Below, piece by piece: positions 55,931 to 64,000 of a stretch of DNA of 64,000 nt. The notes beneath the pieces are model-generated. The model was not told where the DNA came from. It saw nothing but the letters and a program-made list of their open reading frames with translations, and made no database searches. Source of the DNA: Planctomycetota bacterium (GTDB lineage: Bacteria > Planctomycetota > UBA11346). Each line of letters opens with the position of its first letter. Within the stretch, counting starts at the first letter, position 1. The stretch spans positions 1 to 64,000 of the forward strand of contig JBBRLJ010000030.1 in NCBI GenBank assembly GCA_038231435.1, in the 5' to 3' direction. Made by a program: the position numbers and the translations under genes.

Positions 55931-56893
55931 GTGCAGCCCGACGTGAAGCAGGAAGTCCGCGCGGGCTGGGCCGTGCTCGCCGCCACCCTGGTGATCGGCG
56001 GTGGCATCCTGTGGTGGTTCACCTCGGACGACGGTCTCGAGGCCCAGGTCGAGAACGCACGCGTCCAGCACGCCAAGCTGGTGGGTCGCGAGCCGCTCGC
56101 GGCGCGGGTCGAGAAGCAGGCCCAGGCCAACCAGGAGATGAGCGCCACCGTCGAGGACCTCAAGAAGAACACCCGCTTCACCGTCTCGCGCCGCTTCACC
56201 ATCCTGCCCGAGGACACCGTGCGCGACGATCCGGGCGGTATCTTCCAGCACCGCTTCATCGAGGTCCGTCAGGAGATCATGGATCTGCGCAACAAGCGCA
56301 GCGTCACCCAGAACGAGGACATCGATCTCGGCTTCCCGAAGGGCGGCAAGCCGCCGCCCGACAACCAGGCCCAGCTGATGATGACCATGCTGCAGCTGAC
56401 GCGGCGCGCGACCAGGATCGCGCTCGAGACGCCCACGCCGATCTTCCGCTTCAAGATCAGCAACGGCGTCACCGGCAGCCGCACCACCAGCGAGTCCTCG
56501 CTGCTCACCGGCCCGAGCAATCGTCCGCCGCTCCTGCGCGAGTATCCGCTGACCCTCGACGTGACCGCGACCCTGAGCGATATCCTATGGATCCTCCACG
56601 CCTTCAGCCAGACCCCTGAGGAGATCAAGGACGCGGACGATCCGGGCGAATACCCGCTGGTATTGCAGGGCCTGACCATCAACAGCAGCGTCACCAGCGA
56701 GGATCAGGCGCTCAAGGGCGACGCGATCCAGCTCCTGCACGCGGTCTTCCACATCGCCGGCATGCAGTTCGTACCCCAGGATCAGCGTGCCGGTGGCGGC
56801 GCGGTGGCGACGGCGACACCCGCGGGCGGGCGCCTCGGCACACGAGCGACCCAGACCGGACCAGCCACCTCGTCGGCGATGGCGCGCCCATGA
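55931..56893 (+). CDS. PilO-like membrane protein
   Basis: N-terminal TM, coiled coil, EYPLTLDVTATLSDIL..L ferredoxin-like PilO pattern; operon position. Confidence 0.6.
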   Translation: MQPDVKQEVRAGWAVLAATLVIGGGILWWFTSDDGLEAQVENARVQHAKLVGREPLAARVEKQAQANQEMSATVEDLKKNTRFTVSRRFTILPEDTVRDDPGGIFQHRFIEVRQEIMDLRNKRSVTQNEDIDLGFPKGGKPPPDNQAQLMMTMLQLTRRATRIALETPTPIFRFKISNGVTGSRTTSESSLLTGPSNRPPLLREYPLTLDVTATLSDILWILHAFSQTPEEIKDADDPGEYPLVLQGLTINSSVTSEDQALKGDAIQLLHAVFHIAGMQFVPQDQRAGGGAVATATPAGGRLGTRATQTGPATSSAMARP

Positions 56894-56926
56894 GCGGCTC
56901 GGTCACAGCGATGAGGAGGCGCTGAC

Positions 56927-57745
56927 ATGGCGACACGTGCCAATGTCCAGGCAATGACCGCAGGAGCCGCACTGCTGCTCATGGCCGGCGCGGTGACGTG
57001 GTGGCTGCTCGACGAGCAGGTCGTGGTCCCGCTCGGCATCCCGACCTACAGCGGCGATCCCGTCGAGGTGAAGACCGCGGTGGTGCCGGCGATCGGCGAT
57101 TTCGAGAGCGAATTCAACGTCAATGCTTTCAACCCATTCATTCCGAAGCAGCAGCGCGACATCGAAGCCGTGGAGATCAAGAACAAGAAGAATGGGAAAA
57201 AGCCCGTCGACCCGATCTCTCCCAAGCTACCGAAGATCGAGGAAGTCCCGATCCCGAAACTGAATTTTCCCGCGCTCGCTCCGCGGCGCAAGAACGCTCC
57301 CGAATGCATCGGCATCATCTCCTCCGAGCACGGCGACATGCTGATCGCGCATATGCCAGGTGCGGTCGAGACTACGCCGATCGAGGTCGGCAAGTCGCTC
57401 TCCGAGACCGGTGATTCGACGCGGCAATGGACGCTGATCGCGCTCGAGCAGGGCAACGTCGCGCGCTTCCGTGATCCCGCTGGCGTCGAGCAGTTGTTCG
57501 CCATCGGCGCGACCACGCCCGGTGTCGGTTCAAAGGAGCCGGTGAAGTCGCCGTCGGTTCCCGCGCCTGGGCCAAAGCCGCCGGGAGCGAAGCCGCAGGG
57601 CGGGCCGCGACCGCAGCGCCCGGGCCACGATGCGCAAGGCCTGCCGCAGGGCGGAACCACCGACCATCCGCAAGGGTGGTCGCCGCGTCCACCCGAGCCG
57701 CCCACTCCGTCTGGCGCTCCGCCCGGGATTCCGCGCGGCAAATGA
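56927..57745 (+). CDS. PilP/GspC-like protein
   Basis: TM, NPF motif, Pro-rich linker, IGII...IEVGK beta domain; last gene of the operon. Confidence 0.5.
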   Translation: MATRANVQAMTAGAALLLMAGAVTWWLLDEQVVVPLGIPTYSGDPVEVKTAVVPAIGDFESEFNVNAFNPFIPKQQRDIEAVEIKNKKNGKKPVDPISPKLPKIEEVPIPKLNFPALAPRRKNAPECIGIISSEHGDMLIAHMPGAVETTPIEVGKSLSETGDSTRQWTLIALEQGNVARFRDPAGVEQLFAIGATTPGVGSKEPVKSPSVPAPGPKPPGAKPQGGPRPQRPGHDAQGLPQGGTTDHPQGWSPRPPEPPTPSGAPPGIPRGK

Positions 57746-57862
57746 CCTCGCCAGGCCGCCTTGTGGCAGCCGGCACTGTCGTCAGGTTCGAACTCAGGCT
57801 TCAGTGACGCTACGAGTCCGTCCGGACGAGATACGTCGGATCTGTCAGGCTGGTCCGACCGC

Positions 57863-59293
57863 TCAGGTCGCGGCGAGGGCCTCGAGGCCAGCCGCGGCCT
57901 GCATCAGCTTCGCGTCCGCCCATTGCGCACCCTGCAACTGCAACCCGACCGGCAGGGCACCATCGCTGCCGTAGGGGACCGACAAGGCGGGGATGCCGGC
58001 GAGATTGGTCGCGATGGTGAAGATGTCGGACAGGTACATCTGCAGCGGGTCGGAGAGCTTCTCGCCGGTCTTGAAGGCGGTGGTGGGGCTGACCGGCCCG
58101 AGCAGCACATCGCATGCGGCGAAGGCCTTGGCGAAATCGTCACACACCAGGCGCCGCACCTGCTGCGCCTTCTTGTAGTACGCGTCGTAGTAGCCGGTCG
58201 AGAGCACGTACGTGCCGAGCATGATGCGGCGGCGGACCTCGGCGCCGAAGCCCTCGGCCCGGCTGCGCGCGTAGAGATCGTGAAGCGATGCGGGATCCGC
58301 CGCGCGATGGCCGTAGCGCACGCCGTCGAAACGCGCCAGATTCGACGACGCCTCGCCGGTGGCGAGCACGTAATAGACCGCGACCGCGTACTTCTCGTGC
58401 GGCAGCTCTACCGGCACCAGCTTGGCGCCGGCGGCCTGCAGTTTGCCCTTGGCGTGCTCGAGCCGAGCGCGCACGCCCTCTTGCAGGCCGGGAGCGTGGG
58501 CTGGGACGTAGCCGACGCGCAAGCCCTTGAGCGAGGCGAGCGGATCCGCGCCGAGCTCCATCAGATGGCGCGGCCGAGCCGCGCAGGTGCTGTCGTTGAT
58601 GTCGGCGCCGGCCATCGCCTCGAGGCAGGCGGCGGCGTCGGAGACGTTGCGCGCGAACGGGCCGATCTGGTCGAGGCTCGAACCGAAGGCGATCAGGCCG
58701 TAACGGCTGACCATGCCGTAGGTCGGCTTCATGCCGACGCAACCGCACAACCCCGCGGGCTGGCGGATAGAGCCGCCGGTGTCCGAGCCCAGCGCGAGGG
58801 GGACGATCCCGGCTGCCACCGCTGCCGCGCTACCGCCCGAGCTGCCGCCGGGGATGCGGGTGGGATCGTGCGGATTGCGCACTGGTCCGAAGGCGCTGGT
58901 CTCGTTCGACGAGCCCATCGCGAACTCGTCCATGTTGGTGGTCGCGACCACTACCGCGCCGGCCGCCTCGAGCCGCGCCACCGCGGTCGCGGTGTACGGG
59001 GCGACGAAGCCCTTCAGGATCTTCGAGCAGGCGTTCACCTCGGCGCCGGTGACCAGCAGGTTGTCCTTCACCGCCAGCGGCACGCCAGCGAGCGGCAGCT
59101 TCTCGCCGGCCTTGATGCGCGCGTCGACGCGATCGGCGGCCGCGAGCGCGCGGGCCTCGTGGATGCGGATGATGGCGTTGAGGGTGTCGGCCTTGGCCTT
59201 GGCCAAGGATTCCAGCACGGCGACGCGCGCCGATGCTCCGGCGCCGACGGCGGCGGCGATTCCGTGAGCGGTGCTCTCTCTCGTGGTGCTCAT
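57863..59293 (-). CDS. gatA: Asp/Glu-tRNA amidotransferase subunit A
   Basis: [64 protein letters not shown]. Confidence 0.95.
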   Translation of the reverse strand: MSTTRESTAHGIAAAVGAGASARVAVLESLAKAKADTLNAIIRIHEARALAAADRVDARIKAGEKLPLAGVPLAVKDNLLVTGAEVNACSKILKGFVAPYTATAVARLEAAGAVVVATTNMDEFAMGSSNETSAFGPVRNPHDPTRIPGGSSGGSAAAVAAGIVPLALGSDTGGSIRQPAGLCGCVGMKPTYGMVSRYGLIAFGSSLDQIGPFARNVSDAAACLEAMAGADINDSTCAARPRHLMELGADPLASLKGLRVGYVPAHAPGLQEGVRARLEHAKGKLQAAGAKLVPVELPHEKYAVAVYYVLATGEASSNLARFDGVRYGHRAADPASLHDLYARSRAEGFGAEVRRRIMLGTYVLSTGYYDAYYKKAQQVRRLVCDDFAKAFAACDVLLGPVSPTTAFKTGEKLSDPLQMYLSDIFTIATNLAGIPALSVPYGSDGALPVGLQLQGAQWADAKLMQAAAGLEALAAT

Positions 59294-59580
59294 CGCTCGA
59301 CCACCTTCGGGACCAGGATGGCGACGTCGTTGCGCTGAGGCGCATTGCCGAGCACGTCCTTCTGGCTGAGCATCGGGCCGGGAGCATCTGGCCGGGTGAC
59401 ATTGGCCAGGCCGGCGACGTTCGCGATCGGCTCGATCCCGGCGGTGTCGACCTCCTGGAGCTGGGCCACGTAGCCGACGATCGCCTCGAGCTCGCTGGCC
59501 ATGCGCTTCACGTCGCTCTCGGACATCGCCAGGTTCGCGAGTTTGGCGAGATGCCGCACCTCGGCTTCGGTGATGGCCAT
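59290..59580 (-). CDS. gatC: Asp/Glu-tRNA amidotransferase subunit C
   Basis: [36 protein letters not shown] overlap with gatA. Confidence 0.92.
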   Translation of the reverse strand: MAITEAEVRHLAKLANLAMSESDVKRMASELEAIVGYVAQLQEVDTAGIEPIANVAGLANVTRPDAPGPMLSQKDVLGNAPQRNDVAILVPKVVER

Positions 59581-59753
59581 GGCTCCTCCGGGGCGAGGAG
59601 GTTATGGCTGGAGCGCATGCGACAAGGCGGAATTGGATGCGGGTCCTGGTGGGCTGCTGTGTGCGGCGAGGAGAGCGGGCCACGCGCGTGTTCCATCGCT
59701 CGGCGTCGATGGGATGGACGTCGCGGGTTCGCCGCATGCCGCACGTCCGAAGG

Positions 59754-60419
59754 TCAGCGCCCCAACAACGCCTCGACCAGTTTCATGTCATCCGGTGTGG
59801 TGATCTTGAGATTGCGCGCGTCACCTGGGACGATCGCCACGCGGATGCCGGCGCGTTCGAGGACCTGCGCGTCGTCGCTGCACGTCCAACCCTCTGCGCG
59901 CGCGCGCGCGAAGGCCGCGCGGCCAGCCTCGCGGCGGAAGCCCTGCGGCGTCTGCGCCAGCCACAGCTCCTCGCGAGCCACCGTCTCGACCACCGCGCCG
60001 GCGCGCGCGCGTTTCACCGTCGATGCGCACGGCACCGCGACCACCGCGGCGGTATCGCTGGCGAGCGCGGCGATGCAGGCTTCGATGCACGCTCTCGGTA
60101 CCAGTGGGCGCACCGCGTCGTGCACCAGGACCAGGTCCCCGCGCACGCGCTCGAGCGCCGCCATCACCGAATCCATGCGCGTGGCGCCGCCTGGTACGAG
60201 CTCTACCGGGTAGGGCAGCCGTGCCTGCGCGACCGTCGCGGCCACTCCGTCGTGGACATCGTCGCTCACCGCGATCACCGCGTCGTCGACCAAGCCGGCG
60301 AACGCGGCGAGGCTCCAGCCGAGCACGGTGCGGCCGTGCACGACCTGGAGTTGTTTCGGCAGCGCGGAGCCGAAGCGGCTGCCACTCCCGGCGGCGGGGA
60401 TGATCAGCGTCGTGGACAT
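59754..60419 (-). CDS. ispD: 2-C-methyl-D-erythritol 4-phosphate cytidylyltransferase
   Basis: [10 protein letters not shown]...[35 protein letters not shown]. Confidence 0.93.
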   Translation of the reverse strand: MSTTLIIPAAGSGSRFGSALPKQLQVVHGRTVLGWSLAAFAGLVDDAVIAVSDDVHDGVAATVAQARLPYPVELVPGGATRMDSVMAALERVRGDLVLVHDAVRPLVPRACIEACIAALASDTAAVVAVPCASTVKRARAGAVVETVAREELWLAQTPQGFRREAGRAAFARARAEGWTCSDDAQVLERAGIRVAIVPGDARNLKITTPDDMKLVEALLGR

Positions 60420-60424
60420 GCCGG

Positions 60425-62509
60425 TCAGCGGCGGGGGCGGGGCGTCTTGCGTTCGAGCGGCTGATCCTCGCCGAGCTCGTTGGTCGGCTTCATCGATCCG
60501 AGCTCGCGCGTCCAGCCGCCGGTCTTGGGTTTGGTAGCTTTTGCGGCCGGCCTCGGAACGGCCACTGGCGCCATCTCCTCGGTTTCGTTCGAACCGCCGG
60601 ACTTCTGGGCAGGCTTCTCGACGCCCCGGCCATGGCTGGGTGCACCGCCGGACGCATGTCCGAGCGGCCTGACCGAGATCTCGGTCTCATTCTTTGGCGG
60701 ACGCTTCGAGGGCGGAAGCTGGGCCCTCCCCGCGGCGGCCGGGGCAGATGAGCGGCCGGAGCGGCGCGGTTCGGGCGCTGCGTCGCGTTCAGGTTCTGGC
60801 TGGCGGCTGGCGTCGGACGACTTCGAGCGCGAGCCCTCGGACGGCCGGCCACGCCGCAGCTTGGCGGCGAGGAACAGGATCAGGGGTAGGCCCGAGAGGA
60901 TTCCCCACCCCACGACGTGCGTGGGGTGTCGAGCCCAGGCGCCCTTGAAGCCGGTACCTCCGGTGAGCCAGCTGCCGTAGTTGCCGAGCACCACCGACCA
61001 GCCCGATGGCGAGGCGTAGCTCTTCCAGGCGAGGTACCGCCAGCCAGCGGCGAAGGCGTGCTCGGGGCTGCGCGGCGATTCGCTGGCGAGGAAGAAATCC
61101 TTCGACTTGTAGTCCTTCACCGCGGCGCCCTTGGCATAGGCCTCAGCGGCGGCATCGAGCAGCTGATCGCGTTCGGCGATGGCCGCCGTGCGCGCCTGAT
61201 CAGCCAGACTGGCGACGGCCTTGTCCTTGAGCTCGGCCTGCTGGCGCAAGGCGTGGCCGAGGAAGCGGTATACCGAGCCTTGGCGCTCGGCGTCATCGGC
61301 CACCTGGGGCGCGACGTGATCGAGGAGCTTGGCGGCGAGCTGGTAATCGTGTTCGTGGTAGGCGTTGATGCCGACGGTGATCTGTTCGCTCGGCGTCACT
61401 GCCTCGGTATGGCTGAGGATCTCCTTCGCGGCGTCCTTCTGACCGGTCTTCTCGAGCGCGAGCGCCAGATTGAACAGCGAGGTCCGGTCGCTCTTGCCCA
61501 GCTCCTGCGCGCGCCGCAGGTGGACGATCGCCTCCTGGTACTCCTCGAGCTGGACCAACGCGTTGCCGGCGACGTAGTGCGCCTCGGCGAAATCGGGCTG
61601 CTTCTCGATCGCCTGCACGAACATGCCAACCGCCTCGCGCATGCGCGCATGCGCCGCGTCGTCGTCGTGCGACAGCAACATCACCTTGGCCTGCTCATAG
61701 CGCGCGTAGCCGACGCCGTAGAGCGAGTTCGGATCCGCGGGGCGGCCCTTGAGCGCACGCGAGAAGTGGTTCTCGGCGTTGTCGAGCAGCTGCTTGGCAC
61801 GATCCGGAAATTTCGCCGCCTGGCCGAGCTCGGCGCGACCGAGCTCGTACCAGGCGTCGTAGAAGGTGTCCTTGGCCGCGGTGGCCTTGCCCAGCGCGAC
61901 GATGGCGCCGTCGCTGTCGCCGCGCGCCTCATCGAGACGCGCTTCCATGAACAGGAACTCGGGCGGAGCCGAGTTGACGGCCTTGCCCTTGGCGTCCTTG
62001 AGCATGCGATCGGCCTTCTCCAGATCCTTGGCGTCGATCGCCGCCTTGGCTCCGTAATAGTGCAGCCAGCCGCCCTTGTCCTTGCCGGTGAAGGCGTCGA
62101 GCGCGGCATAGGCCTCGGCCGGTTTGCCCGCCGCCGAGAGCGCCTGCACCTGCACGCAGGCGGCCTCGGAATCGCTCGGGTCGAGCTTCAGCGCCTGCAC
62201 GGCGCTGGCGAGCGCCGCGCCGGTCTCGCCGTGGTTCAGCTGCTGTTTGGCGAGTTCGCGGTGGCCTGATGGCCAATTCGGGAAATGCGCGACCAGCGCG
62301 AGGAGCTGGTCCTGCGCCCCGGGATCGTTCGCGTCGATCGCGGCCTTGACCGGATTCCATTCGTCGTTGGTCGGAATGTCGGAGCCGGCGGCGGTAAGGG
62401 AGAGCGTCAGCAGCGCCGCGATCGTGAGGATCACGCGCCTTGCAAGACGGCCGCGGTGGCCGTCGTGAGCGGCGGCATGGATCGGGTCCGGGTGGCAATC
62501 AGCGGGCAT
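60425..62509 (-). CDS. Tetratricopeptide-repeat protein with C-terminal TM and disordered tail
   Basis: Signal-like N-terminus, many TPRs (AWYELG, AHYVAGNAL, SLFNLALAL), TM near aa 540, low-complexity tail. Confidence 0.8.
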   Translation of the reverse strand: MPADCHPDPIHAAAHDGHRGRLARRVILTIAALLTLSLTAAGSDIPTNDEWNPVKAAIDANDPGAQDQLLALVAHFPNWPSGHRELAKQQLNHGETGAALASAVQALKLDPSDSEAACVQVQALSAAGKPAEAYAALDAFTGKDKGGWLHYYGAKAAIDAKDLEKADRMLKDAKGKAVNSAPPEFLFMEARLDEARGDSDGAIVALGKATAAKDTFYDAWYELGRAELGQAAKFPDRAKQLLDNAENHFSRALKGRPADPNSLYGVGYARYEQAKVMLLSHDDDAAHARMREAVGMFVQAIEKQPDFAEAHYVAGNALVQLEEYQEAIVHLRRAQELGKSDRTSLFNLALALEKTGQKDAAKEILSHTEAVTPSEQITVGINAYHEHDYQLAAKLLDHVAPQVADDAERQGSVYRFLGHALRQQAELKDKAVASLADQARTAAIAERDQLLDAAAEAYAKGAAVKDYKSKDFFLASESPRSPEHAFAAGWRYLAWKSYASPSGWSVVLGNYGSWLTGGTGFKGAWARHPTHVVGWGILSGLPLILFLAAKLRRGRPSEGSRSKSSDASRQPEPERDAAPEPRRSGRSSAPAAAGRAQLPPSKRPPKNETEISVRPLGHASGGAPSHGRGVEKPAQKSGGSNETEEMAPVAVPRPAAKATKPKTGGWTRELGSMKPTNELGEDQPLERKTPRPRR

Positions 62510-62939
62510 CCGAGACCTCATGGGCGAATCCGTGTTTGCTGGCTTCTTGGAACAGCGAGTCGTCGTCGCGTGCCGGAACGGGGACGTAGGTCACCTGGCG
62601 TTCCGCCCGAGCCTCGAAGGTCATGGGCAGGAAATCGGTGACCAGGTCGACGGGGAAGCGTTGCCACCAGGGCAGCGGTGTCGTGACCCGCCCTTCGCAT
62701 CGTGCCAGCACGCCGGCTTCGCGCTCCCATGCGCTGAAGGGCAGGTCGATCGGCAGCGGCTGGCGAATGGTCTGGCCGACGGCGGGATCGACGCTGGTGG
62801 ACCCGGCGATCAAACCCGCTCCCTCGAGCGAATGCTCCGCTGGCTGGATGCGCGCGATGTGCGCTATGCAGCCGGGCTGCGCCATCACGGCGAGAATCGC
62901 CAGGGCAGGGACAGCGGCGTGGACCGGATTGCGAGGCAT
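62499..62939 (-). CDS. Hypothetical lipoprotein
   Basis: MPRNPVHAAVPALAILAVMAQPGC lipobox-like signal; fits operon spacing. Confidence 0.55.
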   Translation of the reverse strand: MPRNPVHAAVPALAILAVMAQPGCIAHIARIQPAEHSLEGAGLIAGSTSVDPAVGQTIRQPLPIDLPFSAWEREAGVLARCEGRVTTPLPWWQRFPVDLVTDFLPMTFEARAERQVTYVPVPARDDDSLFQEASKHGFAHEVSDAR

Positions 62940-62947
62940 GCTCGACC

Positions 62948-63496
62948 CTACCGTTCCTTCCCAGGGGAGGAAGCCCGCCCAGGGGAGGAAGCCCGCGCGA
63001 GCGCCACGGCGGCGGATACCGCCAGTACCAGGACGAACAGGGTCTCGGCGCCCATCGAGCCCTGCGACTCGCGGTGCAGCAGGTGGAAGCGCGTCCATTC
63101 CGAGCCCTCGGCCGCGCCGCTGAGCAGTGCGGCGAGCAGCTGGTTGGCGTTGGCGATGATCGTCGCGCTCCACACGTGGCAGGCGGCTGCGATGAGCGTG
63201 GCGATCAGCAGTAGGTAGGCGGGAAGCTTCCTGCCGCTCTTCATGGCGGCGACGGCTGCGGCCACCGCCGCGAATGCCAGGACCGGCAGCAGCGCCGCGG
63301 TGACGATGGTGCTCCACACCGATAGCAGGTCGCCGAACACCGCGCCGGCGGCGTAGTGCGAGCTGAAATCGCGCCCACCGCCGCCGTGCTCGCCCGGGGC
63401 GTGCGCGAACAGCGGTTTGGCCATGGCCACCAGCAGCACATTGCCCGACACCCATGCGACCGCTGAGACGAGCAGGGCCACCCAAGCGGTTCTCAT
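62948..63496 (-). CDS. Four-TM membrane protein (DUF4149-like)
   Basis: Four hydrophobic helices; AKPLF, AGAVFG, FHLLHRES motifs. Confidence 0.6.
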   Translation of the reverse strand: MRTAWVALLVSAVAWVSGNVLLVAMAKPLFAHAPGEHGGGGRDFSSHYAAGAVFGDLLSVWSTIVTAALLPVLAFAAVAAAVAAMKSGRKLPAYLLLIATLIAAACHVWSATIIANANQLLAALLSGAAEGSEWTRFHLLHRESQGSMGAETLFVLVLAVSAAVALARASSPGRASSPGKER

Positions 63497-63768
63497 GGCG
63501 AAACGTCCGCGATGCGGCTGATCGCCACCAGGCGTGCGAGCGGCACGGCGACATGGGCGCGGTTCACGCGCACGCCGATCTTCCGCGTCTCGAGCACGTA
63601 GACCTCCTTGGTGCTGTTGGCTTCGCGGTGATCGTGCAGATCGGCCGCGGTGAATTCGACGTGGTGCTCGCTCGCGGCGCTGAGGGTGCCGATGACGACG
63701 TAGAATTCATCGAGATCGCACACCACGATCGAGCCGATGAAGGGCTCGAGCCACGCCGATCCGTTCAT
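63493..63768 (-). CDS. Small hypothetical protein, possible Sm/LSm fold
   Basis: LEPFIGSIVVCDL...VIGTL.....HVEFTAA (Sm1-like) and VAVPLARLVAIS (Sm2-like); ATGA overlaps on both sides. Confidence 0.6.
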   Translation of the reverse strand: MNGSAWLEPFIGSIVVCDLDEFYVVIGTLSAASEHHVEFTAADLHDHREANSTKEVYVLETRKIGVRVNRAHVAVPLARLVAISRIADVSP

Positions 63769-64000
63769 GAAGCGAGCTCGAATTCGTCGGGATCGGTGGG
63801 GCGGCGCGCCTGCAAGTGGCCCTTGAGGATGCGGATGAAGCGGTTGCGGCGCGACGGGCTCATGCGCCGGAACAGGTTGTTCACCAGCAGTTCGATCGAG
63901 TCGGAGACGCTCGCGCCGTCGAGCGGCACTTCAGCGCGGCCCATGGTGCGGTGGCCGCCGGCCGAGCCGATCTTCGCGAACGCCAGGGTCGCACGTTTGC
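63765..64000 (-). CDS. DHH/DHHA1 family phosphoesterase, C-terminal fragment (partial at window edge)
   Basis: Own translation of the minus strand gives ...AFAKIGSAGGHRTMGRAEVPL...EFELAS*, with the GGH motif of DHHA1. Confidence 0.65.
   Translation of the reverse strand, partial: KRATLAFAKIGSAGGHRTMGRAEVPLDGASVSDSIELLVNNLFRRMSPSRRNRFIRILKGHLQARRPTDPDEFELAS

Noticed and set aside
57780..57800. tRNA-like GGTTCGAA motif
   Set aside because: No cloverleaf, acceptor stem or D-arm around it.
62961..62996. Exact 18-bp tandem duplication CCAGGGGAGGAAGCCCGC
   Set aside because: In-frame duplication (RASSPG x2) in a disordered C-terminal tail; likely neutral slippage.

Overview
High-GC bacterial chromosome segment (roughly two-thirds G+C by eye). 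Gene content and architecture (PilM-PilN fusion, very large prepilin-type proteins, Gly-tailed RRM protein, small Sm-like protein) suggest a PVC-superphylum organism, probably Planctomycetota; this is inference. Housekeeping core: fabH plus 2-oxoacid dehydrogenase E1a/E1b/E2, gltX, xerD, valS, prfB (no frameshift), gcvT, gatC-gatA, ispD, an MsbA-like exporter and MlaEFD. Accessory content: a five-gene cassette of giant minor pilins/pseudopilins; a secretin-PilMN-PilO-PilP-like operon; kaiC-kaiB-kaiB-PAS kinase-receiver; a sigma-54-driven phenylalanine hydroxylase; a PAP2/PepSY/two-component locus; two tandem paralog pairs of unknown function. No rRNA, tRNA, CRISPR array, transposase or reverse transcriptase was seen. 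The most striking unexplained structure is a four-helix-bundle (Avd/23S-IVS family) gene lying antisense between valS and mlaE. It is preceded by three alternating-orientation blocks of 8-nt-periodic repeats and a 24-bp hairpin, and it shares an AGCGGA heptamer motif with arrays and motifs found at several gene 3' ends in the window. A separate modular REP/MITE-like element occurs three times, with two copies inverted around a two-gene cassette.
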